In this document: positions 15,654 to 20,685 of the stretch, piece by piece
Position numbering within the stretch: the stretch's first letter is position 1
How the letters are laid out: each line of letters begins with the position of its first letter
Notes under the pieces: generated by a model
Seen by the model: only the letters and a program-made list of their open reading frames with translations
Database searches by the model: none
What the model was told of the DNA's origin: nothing
IMG/VR virus record: IMGVR_UViG_648861009_000006
Reading direction: 5' to 3' (one strand)
DNA length: 20,685 nucleotides
Source: a virus
Lineage: Duplodnaviria; Heunggongvirae; Uroviricota; Caudoviricetes
Translations under genes and position numbers: made by a program

Positions 15654-16613
15654 ATGATAAAAAAACCTGTCGTTGGGATCAGTGGTTGTTTGGCCGGTTC
15701 TTCTGTCCGTTTTGATGGTGGTCACAAAAGAGCTAGCTTTTTAATGGACAAATTACTGGAATGGGTAACATTCAAACCAGTATGTCCGGAAATGGCTATA
15801 GGGCTTCCAGTTCCGCGTCCTGCTCTACGTCTTGTTCGCTCGGCGCAAGGAAATATACGGATGTGTTTCAGCCACGACCAGAATGAGGATGTTACAGAGA
15901 AAATGACAGAGTTTAGTCGTTCTTATCTTGACAAATTAAAGGATGTATCGGGATTTGTGGTTTGTGCAAAATCTCCTAGCTGTGGTATGGAACGCGTGCG
16001 TGTATATGATGAAAATGGTAATCGTGGTCGTAAAGATGGAGTGGGACTATTTACGAGCACGTTGATGGAAAGGTTTTCCTGGCTACCGGTTGAAGAGGAT
16101 GGGCGACTACATGATCCAGTGCTTCGTGAAAACTTTGTTGAAAGAGTATTTGCTTTACATGAGCTCAATCATCTTTATAAAGCGAAATTATCAAGAAGGG
16201 AATTATTAGCTTTTCATAGCCGTTATAAGCTTCAGTTGTTGGCGCATAGCCAGGCCGGTTATAAAGAGATGGGGCCATTTGTGGCTGCAATACATGAGTG
16301 GGCAGACCTTGAATCATACTTTGAGGTGTATCGTGAGAAGCTGATGGCGATTCTCAGAAAACCTGCATCACGTAAAAATCACACGAATGTGCTGATGCAT
16401 ATACAGGGATATTTTAGTAACTGCTTAAATACACGTCAGCGTAAAGAGTTGAGCGATGTTATACTTAACTATCGAGCTGGCACGCTACCTCTTCTTGCGC
16501 CATTAACTTTGCTGAAGCATTACTTGGCAGAGTATCCTGATGATTATTTGCTTATACAGAATTACTTCCACCCCTATCCTGATGAACTGGCTCTAAGACT
16601 CTTGGTGAACTAG
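15654..16613 (+). CDS. DUF523 (TudS/YbgA-like, Cys-rich) plus DUF1722 fusion protein, 319 aa
   Basis: The N-terminal region has conserved cysteines (ISGCLAGSSVRFDGGHK, FKPVCPEM, VVCAKSPSCGMERV) typical of DUF523 Fe-S proteins (thiouracil desulfidase TudS family). The C-terminal region resembles YbgA/DUF1722. It is divergent from the lipocalin gene. Confidence 0.7.
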   Translation: MIKKPVVGISGCLAGSSVRFDGGHKRASFLMDKLLEWVTFKPVCPEMAIGLPVPRPALRLVRSAQGNIRMCFSHDQNEDVTEKMTEFSRSYLDKLKDVSGFVVCAKSPSCGMERVRVYDENGNRGRKDGVGLFTSTLMERFSWLPVEEDGRLHDPVLRENFVERVFALHELNHLYKAKLSRRELLAFHSRYKLQLLAHSQAGYKEMGPFVAAIHEWADLESYFEVYREKLMAILRKPASRKNHTNVLMHIQGYFSNCLNTRQRKELSDVILNYRAGTLPLLAPLTLLKHYLAEYPDDYLLIQNYFHPYPDELALRLLVN

Positions 16614-16922
16614 GCGTTTGGAATGCACCAACAAGATGATTTTCTCCTTAGAGAATGTTTACAATCGTAAAAACTTCACTATGATATCTATAGTTGTACA
16701 GTTTGTAAAAAAATTCGGTTCATGCTTAAGGTAATGTTAATATGTTAATTAATGATTAATAATCAAGCAAGCCAAAAATAGTTCTGTTTAATCTAGTATT
16801 ACATAAATATTTTAAAGAAAATATCAAAGTTCATGATGATATAATGAGATTTTTCTCATTGAAAATATGGCAATTTTAATATTTCCACCTATACTTACTT
16901 AACTCAAATCTAATTATGTCAG

Positions 16923-17663
16923 GTGGATGGTATGCCATGCATATGTTCTATCATTTTGGTTTTGAACTCGTTTGATATCCGGCTTGGTAAAGAAAAAATC
17001 TCTCTAAAAAAAGGAAGTGTTGTTGCTATAGAATACAATTTAAAAGTTTTCTTTTCTTCAAATAAAGATAATATAATGATCGTGGATATTGAAGAGAAAA
17101 CAGTTAATGACTTCTTTAAAAACAATACACTCTCACCTTTTTCTGTAAGAAGATTTTATTCAGCATACTTGATAGTAAACTGTACAGACTATTCATTGTT
17201 AAAGAACTTGATAGGTTGCTTGAATTGTGATGGTGAAACTACGGCTGTAGTTAAAAATTCAATATTATTTGCATGTCTTGCTATTTTATCCTCGGAAAAA
17301 ATGTTTCAGAGTTTTTTGTTTGGGTGTCTTAATAGTTTAGGAAGCAAAGTTAAGGCTATTATTCACTCGGACATATCTGCAGCATGGAGACTTTGTGATA
17401 TTTCTTCAAGACTATGTCTGAGTGAAAGTTTGTTAAAAAGAAAACTAAAACACGAAGGCTTATCATTTAGCAAATTAATTCTTGAAGAACGAATGGTGAT
17501 GGCTGAAAGGTTATTAAGCTACAATTTCTATCCTGTTGGGAAAGTTGCTAAAATATGTGGTTATGAAAGCGCGTCATATTTTATAAGTGTTTTCAGAAGA
17601 TATTTTGGTGTTCCCCCCCATGAATATTCATCAAGATTTTTTTTAGAAAAAGGCAAGATGTAA
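16923..17663 (+). CDS. AraC/XylS-family transcriptional regulator, 246 aa (AppY/GadX-like prophage regulator type)
   Basis: C-terminal AraC HTH signature (KICGYESASYFISVFRRYFGVPPHEY), very AT-rich codon usage, and a long AT-rich leader of about 300 bp. Confidence 0.8.
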   Translation: MDGMPCICSIILVLNSFDIRLGKEKISLKKGSVVAIEYNLKVFFSSNKDNIMIVDIEEKTVNDFFKNNTLSPFSVRRFYSAYLIVNCTDYSLLKNLIGCLNCDGETTAVVKNSILFACLAILSSEKMFQSFLFGCLNSLGSKVKAIIHSDISAAWRLCDISSRLCLSESLLKRKLKHEGLSFSKLILEERMVMAERLLSYNFYPVGKVAKICGYESASYFISVFRRYFGVPPHEYSSRFFLEKGKM

Positions 17664-17724
17664 CGTGATGCGTTTTGATGATTTTGTAATTTTCATATTT
17701 GATGATTATATGATGCTTTCAGCT

Positions 17725-17755
17725 ACGCCAGAATAATCGCTGGCGTTTTTCTTTT
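17725..17755 (+). terminator. Putative intrinsic terminator downstream of the AraC-family gene
   Basis: Stem ACGCCAG / CTGGCGT with an 8-nt loop, followed by TTTTTCTTTTC. Confidence 0.45.
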
Positions 17756-17830
17756 CTAATGTAACTTCTGTATCTTTCCCTCTTTCATTCCAAACCGTGT
17801 ACACCATCCGTTATTCGCGGAGGTGAGGCT

Positions 17831-18046
17831 ATGAAATCCATGGACAAGTTAACAACGGGCATTGCCTACGGCACCTCTGCAGGCAGTGCTGGCTACTGGT
17901 TTTTACAGTGGCTTGATCAGGTCAGTCCGTCACAGTGGGCGGCGATTGGAGTGCTTGGAAGCCTTGTGTTGGGTTTTCTCACTTATCTGACAAACCTTTA
18001 TTTCAAGATTAAAGAAGATAAGCGTAAGGCTGCGAGAGGTGAATAA
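17831..18046 (+). CDS. S: Phage-21-type pinholin S (dual-start antiholin/holin), 71 aa
   Basis: [71 protein letters not shown] has two TM segments and the dual-start motif M-K-S-M, matching S21/EssD. Confidence 0.9.
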   Translation: MKSMDKLTTGIAYGTSAGSAGYWFLQWLDQVSPSQWAAIGVLGSLVLGFLTYLTNLYFKIKEDKRKAARGE

Positions 18047-18543
18047 TGTCGCCATCATTACGCAAGGCTGTAGCAGCTGCTATTGGTGGTGGGGCTGTTG
18101 CCATAGCGTCTGTGCTCATCACTGGTCCGAGTGGTGACGATGGTCTGGAAGGTGTCAGCTACATACCATATAAAGATATTGTTGGTGTATGGACTGTATG
18201 TCACGGGCATACAGGAAAAGACATCATGCTCGGTAAAACGTATACCAAAGCAGAATGCAAAGCACTCTTGAATAAAGACCTTGCCACTGTCGCCAGACAA
18301 ATTAACCCGTACATCAAAGTCGATATACCGGAAACAACGCGCGGCGCTCTTTACTCATTCGTTTACAACGTGGGTGCTGGCAATTTCAGAACATCGACGC
18401 TTCTTCGCAAAATAAACCAGGGCGATATCAAAGGCGCATGTGATCAGTTACGTCGCTGGACATATGCTGGCGGTAAGCAATGGAAAGGTCTCATGACTCG
18501 TCGTGAGATTGAGCGTGAAATCTGTTTGTGGGGTCAGCAATGA
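18046..18543 (+). CDS. R: SAR endolysin (lysozyme R21/RrrD type), 165 aa
   Basis: N-terminal signal-anchor-release segment ([20 protein letters not shown]) followed by a lysozyme domain; the start overlaps the S stop. Confidence 0.9.
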   Translation: MSPSLRKAVAAAIGGGAVAIASVLITGPSGDDGLEGVSYIPYKDIVGVWTVCHGHTGKDIMLGKTYTKAECKALLNKDLATVARQINPYIKVDIPETTRGALYSFVYNVGAGNFRTSTLLRKINQGDIKGACDQLRRWTYAGGKQWKGLMTRREIEREICLWGQQ

Positions 18544-19001
18544 ACAGAGTAACCGCGATTATCTCCGCTCTGGTTATCTGCATCATCGTCTGCCTGTCAT
18601 GGGCTGTTAATCATTACCGTGATAACGCCATTACCTACAAAGCCCAGCGCGACAAAAATGCCAGAGAACTGAAGCTGGCGAACGCGGCAATTACTGACAT
18701 GCAGATGCGTCAGCGTGATGTTGCTGCGCTCGATGCAAAATACACGAAGGAGTTAGCTGATGCGAAAGCTGAAAATGATGCTCTGCGTGATGATGTTGCC
18801 GCTGGTCGTCGTCGGTTGCACATCAAAGCAGTCTGTCAGTCAGTGCGTGAAGCCACCACCGCCTCCGGCGTGGATAATGCAGCCTCCCCCCGACTGGCAG
18901 ACACCGCTGAACGGGATTATTTCACCCTCAGAGAGAGGCTGATCACGATGCAAAAACAACTGGAAGGAACCCAGAAGTATATTAATGAGCAGTGCAGATA
19001 G
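18540..19001 (+). CDS. Rz: Rz i-spanin, 153 aa
   Basis: N-terminal TM segment followed by a coiled-coil-like periplasmic domain; ATG 18540 overlaps the R stop. Confidence 0.85.
   Translation: MNRVTAIISALVICIIVCLSWAVNHYRDNAITYKAQRDKNARELKLANAAITDMQMRQRDVAALDAKYTKELADAKAENDALRDDVAAGRRRLHIKAVCQSVREATTASGVDNAASPRLADTAERDYFTLRERLITMQKQLEGTQKYINEQCR
18760..18942 (+). CDS. Rz1: Rz1 o-spanin lipoprotein, 60 aa, embedded in Rz in the +1 frame
   Basis: [20 protein letters not shown] lipoprotein signal followed by a proline-rich mature region ([18 protein letters not shown]), wholly inside Rz. Confidence 0.8.
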   Translation: MRKLKMMLCVMMLPLVVVGCTSKQSVSQCVKPPPPPAWIMQPPPDWQTPLNGIISPSERG

Positions 19002-19032
19002 AGCTGCCCATATCGATGGGCAACTCATGCAA

Positions 19033-19326
19033 TTATTGTGAGCAATAGACACGCGCTTCCAGCGGAGTATAAATGCCTAAAGTAATAAAACCGAGCAATC
19101 CATTTACGAATGTTTGCTGGGTTTCTGTTTTAACAACATTTTCTGCGCCGCCACAAATTTTGGCTGCATCAACAGTTTTCTCCTGTCCAATTCCCGAAAC
19201 GAAGAAGTGATGGGTGATGGTTTCCTTTGGTGTTACTGCTGTCGGTTTGTTTCCAACAGTAAACGTCTGTTGAGCACATCCTGTAATAAGCATTGCCAGA
19301 GCGGCAGAAAACAACATTTTTTTCAT
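19033..19326 (-). CDS. bor: Bor lipoprotein (serum-resistance protein), 97 aa
   Basis: From the internal ATG: MKKMLFSAALAMLITGCAQQTFTVGNKPTAVTPKETITHHFFVSGIGQEKTVDAAKICGGAENVVKTETQQTFVNGLLGFITLGIYTPLEARVYCSQ, matching lambda Bor. Confidence 0.85.
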   Translation of the reverse strand: MKKMLFSAALAMLITGCAQQTFTVGNKPTAVTPKETITHHFFVSGIGQEKTVDAAKICGGAENVVKTETQQTFVNGLLGFITLGIYTPLEARVYCSQ

Positions 19327-19685
19327 CTTATTATCCTGCATTGTTAAAAACGGCAGAATCCTATGTGACAACAATTAAACGATAGTTAAATGGATTGATG
19401 AAAATTAAAACTATATAGGTGGATGCTCAGCCTATTGGAGGAGGGGGGCACTCAGAATCCTGTGGAATGAAATAAACCGCTCTTTCTGTCCATTACCCTT
19501 TTAGCTGCGCTGTATCGTCGCCGTATTCCCGCATTAACCATGACCGTAGCCCGACGGGGAATTCCTTCTGCGTGAGTGTGCGGGAATAATCAAAAACGAT
19601 GCACACCGGGTTTTACTGTGCTGACAGACGCAGGGTTACCCTCATAGTCGCTTTTCCGGTGCGATGGTGGAAGAAACCGGGATGT

Positions 19686-19880
19686 TTATTCATCATCACT
19701 TTGGATTGATGTACATGCTCTCTTTTCTGACGTTAGTCTCCGACGGCAGGCTTCAATGACCCAGGCTGAGAAATTCCCAGACCCTTTTTGCTCAAGAGCG
19801 ATGTTAATTTGTTCAATCATTTGGTTAGGAAAGCGGATGTTGCGGGTTGTTGTTCTGCGGGTTCTGTTCTTAGTTGACAT
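19686..19880 (-). CDS. YlcI-like small protein, 64 aa
   Basis: 64-aa basic ORF in the DLP12 ylcI position between bor and cos. Confidence 0.5.
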   Translation of the reverse strand: MSTKNRTRRTTTRNIRFPNQMIEQINIALEQKGSGNFSAWVIEACRRRLTSEKRACTSIQSDDE

Positions 19881-20078
19881 GAGGTTGCCCCGTATTCAGT
19901 GTCGCTGATTTGTATTGTCTGAAGTTGTTTTTACGTTAAGTTGATGCAGATCAATTAATACGATACCTGCGTCATAATTGATTATTTGACGTGGTTTGAT
20001 GGCGTAGATGCACGTTGTGACATGTAGATGATAATTATTATCATTTTGTGGGTCCTTTCCGGCGATCCGACAGGTTAC

Positions 20079-20268
20079 GGGGCGGCGACCTCGCGGGTTT
20101 TCGCTATTTATGAAAATTTTCCGGTTTAAGGTGTTTCCGTTCTTCTTCGTCGTAACTTAATGTATTTATTTAAAATACCCCCTGAAAAGAAAGGAAACGA
20201 CAGGTGCTGAAAGCGAGCTTTTTGGCCTCTGTCGTTTCCTTTCTCTGTTTTTGTCCGTGGAATGAGCA
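20079..20268 (+). other. cos site: cosN (GGGCGGCGACCT cohesive-end sequence at about 20079-20090) followed by the cosB region up to nu1
   Basis: ...GATCCGACAGGTTACG GGGCGGCGACCT CGCGGGTTTTCGCTATTTATGAAAATTTTCCGGTTTAAGG... matches the lambda right-end/left-end junction as I remember it. Confidence 0.8.
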
Positions 20269-20685
20269 ATGGAAGTCAACAAAAAGCAGCTGGCTGACAT
20301 TTTCGGTGCGAGTATCCGTACCATTCAGAACTGGCAGGAACAGGGAATGCCCGTTCTGCGAGGCGGTGGCAAGGGTAATGAGGTGCTTTATGACTCTGCC
20401 GCCGTCATAAAATGGTATGCCGAAAGGGATTCTGAAATTGAGAACGAAAAGCTGCGCCGGGAGGTTGAAGAACTGCGGCAGGCCAGCGAGGCAGATCTCC
20501 AGCCAGGAACTATTGAGTACGAACGCCATCGACTTACGCGTGCGCAGGCCGACGCACAGGAACTGAAGAATGCCAGAGACTCCGCTGAAGTGGTGGAAAC
20601 CGCATTCTGTACTTTCGTGTTGTCGCGGATCGCAGGTGAAATTGCCAGTATTCTCGACGGCTCCCCCTGTCGGTGCAGCGGCGTT
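20269..20685 (+). CDS. nu1: Terminase small subunit Nu1 (5' part; runs off the window and is frame-disturbed near the end)
   Basis: MEVNKKQLADIFGASIRTIQNWQEQGMPVLRGGGKGNEVLYDSAAVIKWYAERD...AFCTFVLSRIAGEIASILDG matches lambda Nu1. After ILDG the frame deviates (GSPCRCSGV where lambda has GLPLSVQRRF), consistent with a 1-bp deletion in a G-run. Confidence 0.9.
   Translation, partial: MEVNKKQLADIFGASIRTIQNWQEQGMPVLRGGGKGNEVLYDSAAVIKWYAERDSEIENEKLRREVEELRQASEADLQPGTIEYERHRLTRAQADAQELKNARDSAEVVETAFCTFVLSRIAGEIASILDGSPCRCSGV

Noticed and set aside
15923-17125. Small ORFs 15923..16168 (-) and 16919..17125 (-)
   Set aside because: They are antisense to the DUF523/DUF1722 and AraC genes respectively, in low-complexity AT-rich sequence, with no RBS.
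14782-17830. Shiga-toxin or tRNA genes in the Q-S interval
   Set aside because: This is the slot where stx and tRNA genes sit in Stx phages, but none of the ORFs resembles StxA/StxB and no tRNA-like cloverleaf sequence was evident.
20170-20529. 119-aa minus-strand ORF and 68-aa plus-strand ORF (20204..20410) over cos and nu1
   Set aside because: They overlap the conserved cos site and the nu1 reading frame, whose translation matches lambda Nu1; they are antisense or alternative-frame artefacts.
1-20685. CRISPR array or IS/transposon insertion
   Set aside because: No regularly spaced short repeats and no transposase-like ORFs or terminal inverted repeats were found. The only repeats are the ori iterons and the gap-flanking duplications.

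Overview
This window is one mosaic lambdoid prophage in prophage gene order, from the integrase at the left edge to cos and the start of the small terminase subunit at the right edge. Left to right it carries int and xis, small b-region ORFs, the lambda Red/early-left genes (exo, bet, gam, kil, cIII, ea10), sieB, a P22-type N with matching nutL/nutR boxB hairpins, and an immunity region (cI, cro, cII) whose operators are not lambda-type. These are followed by O (with ori-lambda iterons), P, ren, tR2, ninB, a Dam-like adenine methyltransferase, a short Q antiterminator with a putative pR' and a clear tR', a phage-21-type lysis cassette (pinholin, SAR endolysin, Rz/Rz1), bor, a ylcI-like gene, cos and nu1. 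Three N-runs (299, 453 and 969 bp) interrupt gam, O and the nin region; the first two are flanked by near-identical duplicated sequence and look like unmerged contig overlaps rather than biology. Two accessory loci stand out. The first is an uncharacterised 299-aa single-transmembrane protein gene directly downstream of cI in the slot lambda uses for rexAB, which I propose as a candidate superinfection-exclusion or abortive-infection determinant. The second is an AT-rich three-gene moron between tR' and the lysis genes, encoding a Blc-like lipocalin lipoprotein, a Cys-rich DUF523/DUF1722 (YbgA-like) protein and an AraC-family regulator. All homology statements come from reading the translations against remembered reference proteins; no searches were run, and hand-located motif coordinates may be off by 1-2 bp.
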